This document shows, in pieces, positions 20,381 to 30,962 of a DNA stretch of 64,000 nt. The DNA comes from a virus (Duplodnaviria; Caudoviricetes), in the IMG/VR virus record IMGVR_UViG_3300014204_000128, positions 1-64,000 of that record; one strand, given 5' to 3'. Positions within the stretch are counted from its first letter, which is position 1, and the number at the start of each line of letters is the position of its first letter. The notes under the pieces are model-generated. The model worked only from the letters and a program-made list of their open reading frames with translations, did no database searches and had not been told where the DNA came from. The position numbers were made by a program, and so were the translations under genes.

Positions 20381-23257
20381 ATGTCTTTAACGACTGACCA
20401 AAAAGCAGTACAGAGTTACAAGCGTGACAAAGGGACTGCCGATACTAATACTAGTAAACGATTCTTCGAAGAAATTCAAGGTGGAAGGGTCGTGTACTCT
20501 GGAAGGTTATGGTCTCAAGACTCATTAATACCCGTACATGCTCCTACAATAGGAAACGAGGAAACTAGTGGGGTTGTAAAAAGATATATAGATTTGACTT
20601 TGACACAGGTTGCAGGATCTCCAGATGCATTTTATAATATTGCATTGGTGGATTCAATACCATTTAATTTCGGTGACGGTTCATATAATATAGTTGTAAA
20701 AGACGGCTCAGGTTCAATATTACCTCCTGGATATCATGACTACGAAGTAGACAATGCAGCAGGCGTTCTACGTTTTTACACGGGTGCTCCTGCAAGTGTT
20801 CCTCCTAGTATATCATTTTACAAGTATGTAGGTAATAAAGGGGCAGTGAGTGATGTAATTAGTGGTGATTCGATACTAAATGTCTCAAAAAACAATGGTG
20901 TATTTACTCTTACTATTACTCAAAGTGAAATAAACCACCAATCACTAGGTGGTGTAGGAACTAAAACTCATAGTGATATTGATGCACATTTAAATGATAT
21001 TAATGCTAATCCACACTCAACATCATTAGAACAAGCAAGATCTATTAGTAATATATTATCTGGGTCTATAGATATGTCGGGTAATAAGATAGTAAACTTA
21101 CTACCAGGAACTAGTGCAAATGAAGCTGTTACTGTGGCACAACTAGAAGCTTTTGAAAGTGGGTTGACAGTTAGAGAGTCAGTAAATTATGCTACAACAG
21201 TAACAGATATATTAATAGTATCGGCTAGTGGGTCACAACTAGGGAAAACTTTAACGGCTTCACAAAATGGACTTCTTTCTATAGATAGTTCTAATCCTGG
21301 AATATCGGAAACTATACTAGTTAAGAATCAACCTGATTCTATAGATAATGGGATTTATGTAGTTACAAGTACTGGAAGTGTAGATACTCCATTTGTACTT
21401 ACTAGGGACACAAGATATGACGGGACACCTGATACAGAGGTTAAGTCCGGAGATTACTTCTTTATAACTAAAGGAGTTGGTAATAGGAATACAGGATGGT
21501 CATTATCTAGTGCTGCTGGTCATTATGCATTTGTTAACCTTGGAACATCAGTTCAGAGTTTTTATACATTATCTACAGGGGTAACAGTAGCCGGTGGGTC
21601 TGGTGGTAATGTATACTCACTTATTAACAATTCTTGGAATCTTATGGCTCATATAGATGATACATCTATAAGTACTATAGGAGAATCATGGAACGGGGGA
21701 ATATTAGTAGGTGCAGTTAATGGAAAAGTATACACATTCAACGGTTCCACATGGGATGCAGGTGTTCAGGTAGCTCCTTTTATGACTTATATAACATGTA
21801 TTATAGGCGTATTTGGGGGAAGAATCATAGCAGGAGCAGTTAATGGAAAGGTATACACATTTGATGGGACAAACTGGGATACTGGTTTCCAACTAGATAC
21901 CCAGTCTTTATATGGAATTACAAGAAATACTAATAATGGGGATATCCTGGTAGGAAGCAATAGTGGGGTAGTCTATACATTCAACGGTTCCACATGGGAT
22001 GCAGGTGTTCAGGTAGGAGTTGGTAGTGGTGATGGTTTCGTCTGTTTACATACTATGTCAGATGGAAATATACTATTTGGGTTTTTTGACACAATGTATA
22101 TATTCGATGGAACAGACTGGAATGGTGGAGAATACGTTGCATATGGTATATTAAGCATATCTAGTCAATCAACAGGAAAAATATTCTTAGGAACTTCTGA
22201 TGGAACAGTGTACATGAAGACTGGGTCAACATGGAATTCTGGGGAAACGCTTGATGCAAATCAAGGGTATCTAAGAGTACACGTGTTATCGAATGACGAT
22301 GTACTAGTTAGTGGAGACCAAGGAAGGGTATACTCTGCTGATGGTACATTCAGTTCTACCCCTACAGCTGGGTGGAGACTGACTACGGAACCTGTAGTAG
22401 ACTCAACGGATCTTGTATTTTATCAGTTTAGCGGGCCAGGAACTTTCACAGCAGGGAATGGTCTTATATTAGAAGGAAATAGGTTTTCAATAGATCCTAA
22501 CCAGGATACTGTAATAAATGTAGAAAATGGAATTACAGATTTAGGTATTCCTAATAGGCATATTTATGGACTTGGTGGGTCATTAACTAGAGATACATCT
22601 ATTAGTGGTGGTCAATTTGATGCAAAAATACTAGACTTGGCTAGTCTAAATTTAACTTCAAATACTATAGATAAATCTGAAGAAAGTAGCATTATATTCA
22701 GGCCAGGAGAATTAACATCCGAAGAAGTTACATTAGAAGGGTATGAAGCGGGAATAATTGCAACTACACATAAAGATGCTAGTTTAATTCAAACTTCTGA
22801 TGGAAATGATACTAAATTAGTAGTAAGGGATGGTGAAGTTGAAGTTAATTCTACAAAACCAAATTTTAGGGGACTTACAGAATATGCTGACTATAGTAAG
22901 AATTATGGTCCATTATCTCTAGTTAATAAAAAATATACTGACAAGGAGATTGAGAGTATAAGAGTTGTCCCAGATAGGGCAACTATAGAGTTAGATGAGC
23001 AGACAAAAGTTATTAAAGTAGCAAATTATAGTCCATTAATAGATACTTATGTTGCACGTAAGCAAACATGGATTCAACAGCCTATTAGTAATACTCCTTT
23101 AGTATTACAAAATGACTTTGGGAGTATAGATATAGCTATTACTATATATGATGAATCGACAGGTAGTAAAGTGGTGTGTTCAGAAAGTGTAACAACGTCA
23201 TCTATTACTATTACATCAAACATCAACTTTACAGGAACCATTGTAATAATAGGGTAA
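20381..23257 (+). CDS. Putative tail fibre/appendage protein with beta-propeller-like repeats, paralog C
   Basis: GKVYTFNGSTW repeats, IDMSGNKIVNL, ILVKNQ...NGIYVV domain, FYQFSGPGTFTAGNGL. Confidence 0.75.
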   Translation: MSLTTDQKAVQSYKRDKGTADTNTSKRFFEEIQGGRVVYSGRLWSQDSLIPVHAPTIGNEETSGVVKRYIDLTLTQVAGSPDAFYNIALVDSIPFNFGDGSYNIVVKDGSGSILPPGYHDYEVDNAAGVLRFYTGAPASVPPSISFYKYVGNKGAVSDVISGDSILNVSKNNGVFTLTITQSEINHQSLGGVGTKTHSDIDAHLNDINANPHSTSLEQARSISNILSGSIDMSGNKIVNLLPGTSANEAVTVAQLEAFESGLTVRESVNYATTVTDILIVSASGSQLGKTLTASQNGLLSIDSSNPGISETILVKNQPDSIDNGIYVVTSTGSVDTPFVLTRDTRYDGTPDTEVKSGDYFFITKGVGNRNTGWSLSSAAGHYAFVNLGTSVQSFYTLSTGVTVAGGSGGNVYSLINNSWNLMAHIDDTSISTIGESWNGGILVGAVNGKVYTFNGSTWDAGVQVAPFMTYITCIIGVFGGRIIAGAVNGKVYTFDGTNWDTGFQLDTQSLYGITRNTNNGDILVGSNSGVVYTFNGSTWDAGVQVGVGSGDGFVCLHTMSDGNILFGFFDTMYIFDGTDWNGGEYVAYGILSISSQSTGKIFLGTSDGTVYMKTGSTWNSGETLDANQGYLRVHVLSNDDVLVSGDQGRVYSADGTFSSTPTAGWRLTTEPVVDSTDLVFYQFSGPGTFTAGNGLILEGNRFSIDPNQDTVINVENGITDLGIPNRHIYGLGGSLTRDTSISGGQFDAKILDLASLNLTSNTIDKSEESSIIFRPGELTSEEVTLEGYEAGIIATTHKDASLIQTSDGNDTKLVVRDGEVEVNSTKPNFRGLTEYADYSKNYGPLSLVNKKYTDKEIESIRVVPDRATIELDEQTKVIKVANYSPLIDTYVARKQTWIQQPISNTPLVLQNDFGSIDIAITIYDESTGSKVVCSESVTTSSITITSNINFTGTIVIIG

Positions 23258-23259
23258 TT

Positions 23260-24384
23260 ATGATAAATTTAACTGATTTTAAAATAGCATCCATTTCAAA
23301 AAAAGTATCCTCTATGAATATCCAGGGAGGGTTTAATGGGGCAATAATGAATATACTTCCAATACCTTCTGGTAAACTGCTTATAGCAGGGTGGTTTACT
23401 CAGTATAATGGGGTTTCATCATCTAAGATCATAAGATTAAATTCAGACGGGTCTATTGATTTAACATTCGTTGTGGGACTTGGATTCAACAATGACATAA
23501 ACTGGGTAGCATTACAATCTGACGGTAAGTTAGTTTGTGTAGGAGACTTCACATCATACAATGGCGTTACGGTTAATAGAATAGTCAGGTTAAATATAGA
23601 TGGAACAATAGACAGTTCTTTTTCTATTGGAACAGGAATAACAGGTCAACCAAACTATGTGACCATTGATTCAAGAGGAAGAATACTGGTTTGCGGGGGA
23701 GGTATGATTATTTACAATGGTGTGCCTATCAGCAGACTCATCAGGTTAAATTCAAACGGGACATTAGATTCTACATTCAGCATGGGTACTGGAACAATAA
23801 GTGGGGTATTCGGGGTAGCTGAACAGTCAGATGAAAAACTAGTTGTCATAGGTAATTTTACTAGTTACTCAGGAATTTCTAGGTCAAGGATTGTAAGATT
23901 AAATTCAAATGGACGGGTAGACATAGGGTTCAATCCAGGTACAGGCTTCAACAGTACCGCATATGGTTTATCAATATCTAATGATAAAATAGTAGTAACA
24001 GGATTATTTAATAGTTACAATGGTTCCACTACTCCAGGTATAGCAATGATAACATCTGATGGGACTATAGACCCATCATTCAATTCAGGTACAGGTTTCA
24101 ACAGTGGGTGCGAATGGAATTCCATAATAGATAATTTCATTTATTGTTATTTTACGTCATCTACTAACTATAATGGATCATCAATGAGCCATATAATTAA
24201 ATTAAATCTTGACGGTTCTGTAGTTTCATCATTTAGTACTGGTACAGGAGTCCAGAATACTATATTTAGTATTGCAAAATTATCTAACACTAGGTTATTA
24301 ATAGGGGGTAATTTTACAGCATATAACGGAATAGTAAGAGCAAGACTTGTAAAAGTTGATAATAGTGGTACATTAATTAATTGA
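23260..24384 (+). CDS. Delta-60 repeat (DUF5122) beta-propeller protein 1
   Basis: Repeated QSDGKLV.VGDFTSYNG...RIVRLN.DG.ID.SF units. Confidence 0.88.
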   Translation: MINLTDFKIASISKKVSSMNIQGGFNGAIMNILPIPSGKLLIAGWFTQYNGVSSSKIIRLNSDGSIDLTFVVGLGFNNDINWVALQSDGKLVCVGDFTSYNGVTVNRIVRLNIDGTIDSSFSIGTGITGQPNYVTIDSRGRILVCGGGMIIYNGVPISRLIRLNSNGTLDSTFSMGTGTISGVFGVAEQSDEKLVVIGNFTSYSGISRSRIVRLNSNGRVDIGFNPGTGFNSTAYGLSISNDKIVVTGLFNSYNGSTTPGIAMITSDGTIDPSFNSGTGFNSGCEWNSIIDNFIYCYFTSSTNYNGSSMSHIIKLNLDGSVVSSFSTGTGVQNTIFSIAKLSNTRLLIGGNFTAYNGIVRARLVKVDNSGTLIN

Positions 24385-25508
24385 TGATGGCAAATATTAC
24401 TGATCACGATTTAGTATATGTTACAAAAAAGCATGTAACATTAGATACAGGCATAGGATTTAATGCTGCTGTGTCTAACGTGTATCTTACACAGGGTAAT
24501 GGACTGCTTATGACAGGATACTTTACACAGTATAAAGGTGTAACAAGTAACAAGATAGCAAAGATAAATTCCGATGGAACAGTTGATCCATCATTTGTTA
24601 TAGGCACGGGTTTTAATAATGATGTTAATCAATCTATAATGCAACCTGATGGTAAATTAGTTTGCGTGGGCGATTTTAGTTCATATAATGGTGTAACTGC
24701 CAATAGAATAGTAAGACTTAATACTGATGGTACTATTGATACAACATTCAACACAGGTACGGGAATAGTCGGGCAACCCAATTACATTATCATTGATTCA
24801 AATGGAAAATTTTTAATTTGTGGAGGCGGGATGACTAGTTATAATGGTCATACAGCTAATAGATTAATCAGGTTAAACCAAGACGGAACAGTTGATACTA
24901 CATTTACTACAGGTACAGGTAGTATTAACGGTATATTTAGAGTAGCTGAACAAGCAGACGGTAAATTAGTTATATCAGGTAATTTCGTTTATTATAATGG
25001 TATACAAAAGAACTATACCGCAAGATTAAACACAGACGGTACAGTAGATTCGACGTTTATCACAGGCACAGGTTTCGACAGCACAGCTCACGGTGTCTCA
25101 GTAATAGGCAACAAAATATTATACACGGGTAATTTTACATCATATAATGGTTCAACTGCAAACAGGATAGTGTTATTAAACAGTGACGGATCAATTGATC
25201 AATCATTCAATCCAGGCACAGGTTTTAATGGTGACTCAGAATATACCAAAATATTTAATAATCAAATATACGTAGTGCATACTGTAGCAACACAGTATAA
25301 TGGTACACCAATTTCCCATGTAGTAAGATTAAATTTGGACGGGTCATTAGACAGTGCATTTAACATAACTACAACTTTTAGTGATATGATATATAATGTT
25401 GTAAAATTATCAGATACTAGATACTTTTTAATGGGAAGATATCAACTAGTAAATGGGCAACCAAAAGGAGGTCTAATCAAGGTTGATGAAAATGGAATAA
25501 TAATATAA
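24384..25508 (+). CDS. Delta-60 repeat (DUF5122) beta-propeller protein 2
   Basis: Same repeats, collinear paralog of the upstream gene. Confidence 0.88.
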   Translation: MMANITDHDLVYVTKKHVTLDTGIGFNAAVSNVYLTQGNGLLMTGYFTQYKGVTSNKIAKINSDGTVDPSFVIGTGFNNDVNQSIMQPDGKLVCVGDFSSYNGVTANRIVRLNTDGTIDTTFNTGTGIVGQPNYIIIDSNGKFLICGGGMTSYNGHTANRLIRLNQDGTVDTTFTTGTGSINGIFRVAEQADGKLVISGNFVYYNGIQKNYTARLNTDGTVDSTFITGTGFDSTAHGVSVIGNKILYTGNFTSYNGSTANRIVLLNSDGSIDQSFNPGTGFNGDSEYTKIFNNQIYVVHTVATQYNGTPISHVVRLNLDGSLDSAFNITTTFSDMIYNVVKLSDTRYFLMGRYQLVNGQPKGGLIKVDENGIII

Positions 25509-25519
25509 AAACTTATATC

Positions 25520-26866
25520 ATGACACCAAAATTTAATGTTCCAATTCATGTTCCTATAGTCAATGCAACAGATGAAATCCCTGATGCTGATCATATAATG
25601 CTGTCTGCTAAAGCAGATGGTAGAATTTACAAGAAGAATAATGCAGGCATAGAAGAAGCTATTAGTATCAGTGGAGCTGTATCATCCTCAAATATTTTTC
25701 TAAGTAATTTAAATAGTGATATTACAGGGTATAAAAAACTTAGTTACTCTATAGATACAACACAAACAGAATTCTCAGCAGTCGTTAATAACAATGAGGT
25801 ATTACTCAAAAAATTCATTTATGATTCAGCAATAGGGTTATCTGAAATTCTTACAGGAATATCTACATTTAGCTTTTATACTAAACTAAGCTCATCAGGC
25901 GTTGGGTGCTATATTAAGTTAGAACTATTCTCTAGAAATGTATCTACAGGTGATGAAACTGCTGTGTTTACAGTTCAGAATCAGGTAGAAGGTAATATAT
26001 ATACGCTTTCTAAATTTGAGTATGCTATCTCTTCTCCTATAATTGTAAACGAGGCTGACCGTTTTGGTTTAGCAGTCTACGTGGGTAAAACAACAACTAC
26101 AGACAAGACGGTATATGTAGTTTCAGGAGATGGTACTCCATCACATTTTACTTTGCCTATTCAAATATCCCATGATGTTGTAAGAAGGAAAAATGAGAAT
26201 CTACAATATCAACATATCGATCAAACATTAACAAAAACAACTCCAGTTGATGCAGATAGTGTTGCCATGTGGGATAGTGCGTCTTTAAAATTTCTTATTA
26301 TTTCTTTCGCTAATTTTAAGGCCTGGATCAAATCATGGATTTCTAAAGAAGATGTTGATGGTTTGAAAATAGTAAATTCTCCTGAATTCGCAGACACAAA
26401 TATAACGTCTTTAGCTGCTAATCCTTTAATAGGTAATACTGCCAAGTCAGTTTTATCAGCTATAACCAATCTTTTTACAAAGGTTTTAAATTCTTACTAT
26501 AATACAGGTGTAGCTGGAGAGTCTATCCCATCAGCTGGAAAACCCCTAATTCGCAAATCAGACGGTTTGCTTTATCTAGCCAACGCTACAACACCTGCAA
26601 CTCTAGGTGTAATAGGTTTTTCTACAGCAGCAGTTTCGATAGGTGCTTCTGTCACTTTCCAACATTTCGGCTACATGACATTGACTGCACACGGGTTTAC
26701 AGTTGGTAGTATGAATAGAATATATGTAACTACATCATCTGGTGGATTATCAAATTCTAAACCATCTGTAAATGGCAATGGGATTGAGTCAGTTGCATCT
26801 GCTTCAGACGCAAATACAATTAAGATACAAATAGGACAACCAGTTATAACTTTATACGTACCATAA
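25520..26866 (+). CDS. Putative virion structural protein
   Basis: KTTPVDADS linker and C-terminal DGLLYLANAT...VIGF..AAVSIG domain seen in phage structural proteins. Confidence 0.6.
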   Translation: MTPKFNVPIHVPIVNATDEIPDADHIMLSAKADGRIYKKNNAGIEEAISISGAVSSSNIFLSNLNSDITGYKKLSYSIDTTQTEFSAVVNNNEVLLKKFIYDSAIGLSEILTGISTFSFYTKLSSSGVGCYIKLELFSRNVSTGDETAVFTVQNQVEGNIYTLSKFEYAISSPIIVNEADRFGLAVYVGKTTTTDKTVYVVSGDGTPSHFTLPIQISHDVVRRKNENLQYQHIDQTLTKTTPVDADSVAMWDSASLKFLIISFANFKAWIKSWISKEDVDGLKIVNSPEFADTNITSLAANPLIGNTAKSVLSAITNLFTKVLNSYYNTGVAGESIPSAGKPLIRKSDGLLYLANATTPATLGVIGFSTAAVSIGASVTFQHFGYMTLTAHGFTVGSMNRIYVTTSSGGLSNSKPSVNGNGIESVASASDANTIKIQIGQPVITLYVP

Positions 26867-28962
26867 TGGCGACTATAACACTTATAGCTACAGGGACTTG
26901 GGATGCAACAAATACTTCCATATGGTCTCCAGCGCAAGTCCCTACTGCAAGTGATGATGTCATAATTGCTAGTGGATTCACTGCTAGTTGTGCAACAACA
27001 GGATGTGTATGCAGAAATATAACCTATTCAGGAGGACAAACAAATAATAATAACATATCAGTTAACGGAAATGTATCAACTACTGCATCTTACTCTCCAA
27101 AAACATCAAATGTAACAACGCTTACATTATCAAATCCAACAGCCACCATATCTTGTGTTGATATATTGCCAGCTGGATTAATTATTAATGCCTCAGGTGT
27201 ATCTGTAACAAGTAATTTAATAATAAGCAAACTAACAATAAATACAGGGTGTAGACTCAATTGCGGCGCTTATAATTTAACAACAAATCTCGAATGCATT
27301 GCAACTGGAATTCTTTCGATGAGTTCTGGTAATATACTTATAATTAACGACAAGGAATTAGCTCTAGTTGATAGTATTTTATCAAGTGTTTGTTTAATGA
27401 ATGGTGTGAATATAACATTTTACATTCTTGGCAGCAACTTAACGTTTGATTGTAATATCGGGAATATTAATCTAACATCATTATCATCAGTTACTGACAA
27501 TTCGCGAAGAAATTTAAACATCGGGGCTAATTTATCATCAATAAATACAATTGGCACTGCGTCACTAGCTTTAAATATATATTTAAAGAATAACATAGTC
27601 ATATCTGGTCCTATTAATTTACATTCTTCAGATCTTGATAGAATCTATATAAGATCAAGTTATGCAGGAACAAAAAGATCAATTACATGTAATGGATATT
27701 TGAATATTTCTAATATAGTTTTTTCAGACATAAATGGCAGAGGATCTGCTAGTTGGGATTTATCATCATCTATTGATGTAGGTGATGGTGGCAATAATTC
27801 AGGAATAATATTTTCCGCTGGGGTCAATAAATTTTGGGTTGCAGCTAGTGGTGGAAGATGGAATGACAAGTCAAGTTGGTCATTGACAAGCGGTGGATTG
27901 TCTGGAGCGGATGTACCATTGCCGCAAGATGTAGAAATTTATGATTCAAAATCAATAACATCAACTGGCAGATCAATAACTTTTAACGCTACAAATCCTT
28001 TTCATGGTAAAATAGATAGTAGCTTATTGCCTTATTCACCAATATTAGTAACAAGTTACAGCCAAACATTTTGCGAAGACTTAGACTTAAGTGGTTTTGG
28101 CTCAATTACGCATAACAGTAGCGTAATTACACTTCGTAAATTGTTGAAAGATAATATGTTTTTAAAAGTAAATAATAATTTATTGTTTTATAACATAATA
28201 ACCGTTAATTCACCAACATTAAATAATATTATAGTACTTCAATCAAATCTATACATCTCGAATGAATTATATTGTCCAGGTCTATTGAATATAGATATTC
28301 AATCATTTTATTTAAAAACAAAAGCATTATATTATCTAAGATCAGTAATAGGGAATGGTACTATAGAAGTTAATTATTATATGTTTCATACGAATCAAAA
28401 TTTTATAAATAATAATATAGAATGGAGTCTGAAACTGTCTGGCATTGATATAGTAGTTGAATGTGCAAGCAGCATCGCATCACCTATCAATATCTTTGGC
28501 AATCTTATAGTAGATTGCAGCTCATCATGTATATTTAGAAATTTGAACACTGCATTACAAGTTAATAAATTTGCATTCAATAACATAATATTTTTACAAC
28601 CCGGTAAACCATTCATATTTTATGGTGAAAGTGGTCAAGACGGAAGTTTAAGAATATCAGCAGAAACCGTAACAAACAATGCACCAGTAAGCAATCCAAT
28701 TTCAATAACAGCTAATAATGGGCAAGGTATATTTGATATTGGTGATACAAATAGGTCGAAGAGTTTTATATTAGATTTTGGTTATGCAAATTTTACAAAT
28801 ATTAAATGTCCGTCGTTAAACACAATATACACGAAAGGGATAATAACAAATTGTACAAATGTTTACAACCAATTACCAAAAATGGTAGGTTTGTTATTTT
28901 ATGACATACCAAGGGCTTTTATATCATACATTAATGATTTAATATTTAACCAAAATAGTTAA
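26866..28962 (+). CDS. Beta-helix-like adhesin/tail spike candidate
   Basis: G8/autotransporter-like starts (GTWDATNTSIWSPAQVPTASDDVII and GGRWND..SWS..SGG..GADVP), N/I/S-rich. Confidence 0.6.
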   Translation: MATITLIATGTWDATNTSIWSPAQVPTASDDVIIASGFTASCATTGCVCRNITYSGGQTNNNNISVNGNVSTTASYSPKTSNVTTLTLSNPTATISCVDILPAGLIINASGVSVTSNLIISKLTINTGCRLNCGAYNLTTNLECIATGILSMSSGNILIINDKELALVDSILSSVCLMNGVNITFYILGSNLTFDCNIGNINLTSLSSVTDNSRRNLNIGANLSSINTIGTASLALNIYLKNNIVISGPINLHSSDLDRIYIRSSYAGTKRSITCNGYLNISNIVFSDINGRGSASWDLSSSIDVGDGGNNSGIIFSAGVNKFWVAASGGRWNDKSSWSLTSGGLSGADVPLPQDVEIYDSKSITSTGRSITFNATNPFHGKIDSSLLPYSPILVTSYSQTFCEDLDLSGFGSITHNSSVITLRKLLKDNMFLKVNNNLLFYNIITVNSPTLNNIIVLQSNLYISNELYCPGLLNIDIQSFYLKTKALYYLRSVIGNGTIEVNYYMFHTNQNFINNNIEWSLKLSGIDIVVECASSIASPINIFGNLIVDCSSSCIFRNLNTALQVNKFAFNNIIFLQPGKPFIFYGESGQDGSLRISAETVTNNAPVSNPISITANNGQGIFDIGDTNRSKSFILDFGYANFTNIKCPSLNTIYTKGIITNCTNVYNQLPKMVGLLFYDIPRAFISYINDLIFNQNS

Positions 28963-28966
28963 TAAA

Positions 28967-29383
28967 ATGGGAATAATTCATAATACGCTAAGCGCATATG
29001 GCTTAAACGCCCCGACATTCTGGAAATTAACCGGAATTGAATGGGATATCTGCAAACATGGCAAAGTAGCAATTGTTACTATTTCAGGATATGCTTCTCC
29101 GATGCAGTGTAATTCTGATCCTGAAAGGTACTCATTGAGACTTGATGCTAAAACATACACTGTACCAAGTGGCGAGATGACGGCGTTTAGCGAGTCAGAT
29201 GCGTATTCACTGATTAAGATGCAAGGTGACTTCTCATCAAATTGTTTAGATTGCTTAGATTGGGCAGAATGGACACCTATTCGTTGGCGATCATACTGCA
29301 ATGCTGTAGCGAATAATGAAACGGTTGATTACATACTGGATAAGACACTCTGGGAAGCTTACCTTATTACGATAACACCATAA
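28967..29383 (+). CDS. Hypothetical tail-associated protein
   Basis: ORF ending the appendage cluster. Confidence 0.5.
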   Translation: MGIIHNTLSAYGLNAPTFWKLTGIEWDICKHGKVAIVTISGYASPMQCNSDPERYSLRLDAKTYTVPSGEMTAFSESDAYSLIKMQGDFSSNCLDCLDWAEWTPIRWRSYCNAVANNETVDYILDKTLWEAYLITITP

Positions 29384-29442
29384 CGTTATTAACAGTGTTA
29401 TATTAAAAACAATAGTTAAAATTTAGTTTAAAAATTGAAAAT

Positions 29443-29817
29443 ATGGACACAGTCTCGTTTAAAGAAGCGTTTATGGGAGATATGAATACTACAGTATTCA
29501 TTTCATTTCTGGTTTGGGGGTACATGGGTGTGATAGTGAATATGGTCATTGAAGTATTCAAAAGAAAACCACTTAGTAAGCATTCACCAAAAGAGTTCAA
29601 AGCTGACTACTATATTTCTGACAATAAGAAAAGAATTGTAGCCGCTATTATTCTACTTCCTGTTTCTATACTATTATGTAAAGAAATGATAGGTATAGAT
29701 ATAACCAATGGTATTGCTTTCGCACTCGGGTATGGATCAGATACACTTGCTGAATTGTTTAAAAGAAAGACAAGTAAATATGTTGGAGTCGGTGATGGAC
29801 AAGAAGAATCAAAGTAG
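29443..29817 (+). CDS. Putative holin/antiholin (2-3 TM)
   Basis: Small membrane protein with a charged C-terminus, upstream of the holin and amidase. Confidence 0.6.
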   Translation: MDTVSFKEAFMGDMNTTVFISFLVWGYMGVIVNMVIEVFKRKPLSKHSPKEFKADYYISDNKKRIVAAIILLPVSILLCKEMIGIDITNGIAFALGYGSDTLAELFKRKTSKYVGVGDGQEESK

Positions 29818-29818
29818 T

Positions 29819-30370
29819 ATGCTAAAGGATATGCTACATGATTTTGGGTTTGCAGGTTACAAGACCCTTATGATATCCTTAATAAGGATTGACAATATAA
29901 AATTACTATCTTTGTTTGCTATGCTGGGGACGCTTGTTGAAAATATTGTCGGTCTAAAACCTTATACAGTTTTAGTACTCATGATTTTGCTTTTAGTAGA
30001 ATTAGCTGTGGGTATCTCTGCAAGTTTAATGAGGAAAGAGCAATTTCATGTTAGAAGATTACAAAGATTTGGATTAAAGTTCTTGATATATTTTTTTATA
30101 CTACTTTTGTTGAATACATTTGTTAAACAGTACACGGGTAGACCTGAAGAATACGTATACTCAGCATTACACTCATTCATTGTGTTCTACGTTATAGGGG
30201 TGTACTCTATTTCGATATTGGAAAATACATCATATGTACTGGGTGGTAGCAAAGAAATAAATGGTCTACTAAAGGTATTCAGGGTAAAGCTTAAAGAGGC
30301 TACGAACATAGAAGTTAAACAAACAAACCATAAAAAGAGAAAACATGAAGAACATACTAGTAATACTTGA
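29819..30370 (+). CDS. Phage holin (phage_holin_4-like)
   Basis: TM helices, SISILEN motif, basic tail. Alternative start at 29795. Confidence 0.75.
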   Translation: MLKDMLHDFGFAGYKTLMISLIRIDNIKLLSLFAMLGTLVENIVGLKPYTVLVLMILLLVELAVGISASLMRKEQFHVRRLQRFGLKFLIYFFILLLLNTFVKQYTGRPEEYVYSALHSFIVFYVIGVYSISILENTSYVLGGSKEINGLLKVFRVKLKEATNIEVKQTNHKKRKHEEHTSNT

Positions 30371-30962
30371 TGCAGGCCACGGTGGTATGATAAACGGTGT
30401 CTATACTACAGCACCTGCAAAGATGTTCAAACACAGTGATGGTACCATGGCATATGAGGGTGTCATTAATAGGGAAATAAAGAATGAACTAGCAGTGCTG
30501 TTAGACCATAACGGCATAGATTGGGATGATGTAGCTCCTGGTAATGAAGATACTTCTTTAAAGACACGCACAGACAAAGCTAATGAAATATATAGCATAA
30601 AGAAAGATACACATTTAGTACTGTATTTAAGCATACACTCCAATGCTGGAGGGGGTACAGGTTTCGAAGTATGGACGTCAGTTGGACAAACATTGTCTGA
30701 CAAATATGGTGAACTGTGCAGTCAGCAAATAAAAAAAGACTTTCCTGGTTTCAAATTTAGGGCAGGTACAGAAGACGGGGATTTGGATAAGGAAGCGCAA
30801 TTCTGGGTTCTAAGGAAGACAGACTGTCCAGCAATTCTAGTAGAGGCTCTATTCTTTGACAACTTAGAAGACTGGAAGGTTCAAAGGACGCCGAAATACA
30901 TTTCAGACATGGCACATTGTTTATTATCATTCATAAAACAATTAAAAACAGATATAATATGA
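30345..30962 (+). CDS. N-acetylmuramoyl-L-alanine amidase (Amidase_3) endolysin
   Basis: LDAGHGG, YEG, SIHSNA, GFEVW, PAILVE. Confidence 0.95.
   Translation: MKNILVILDAGHGGMINGVYTTAPAKMFKHSDGTMAYEGVINREIKNELAVLLDHNGIDWDDVAPGNEDTSLKTRTDKANEIYSIKKDTHLVLYLSIHSNAGGGTGFEVWTSVGQTLSDKYGELCSQQIKKDFPGFKFRAGTEDGDLDKEAQFWVLRKTDCPAILVEALFFDNLEDWKVQRTPKYISDMAHCLLSFIKQLKTDII

Noticed and set aside
15533-25508. Diversity-generating retroelement (TR/VR) among the tail repeats
   Set aside because: Differences between the repeats I compared are at synonymous positions and not adenine-specific. No reverse transcriptase is in the window.
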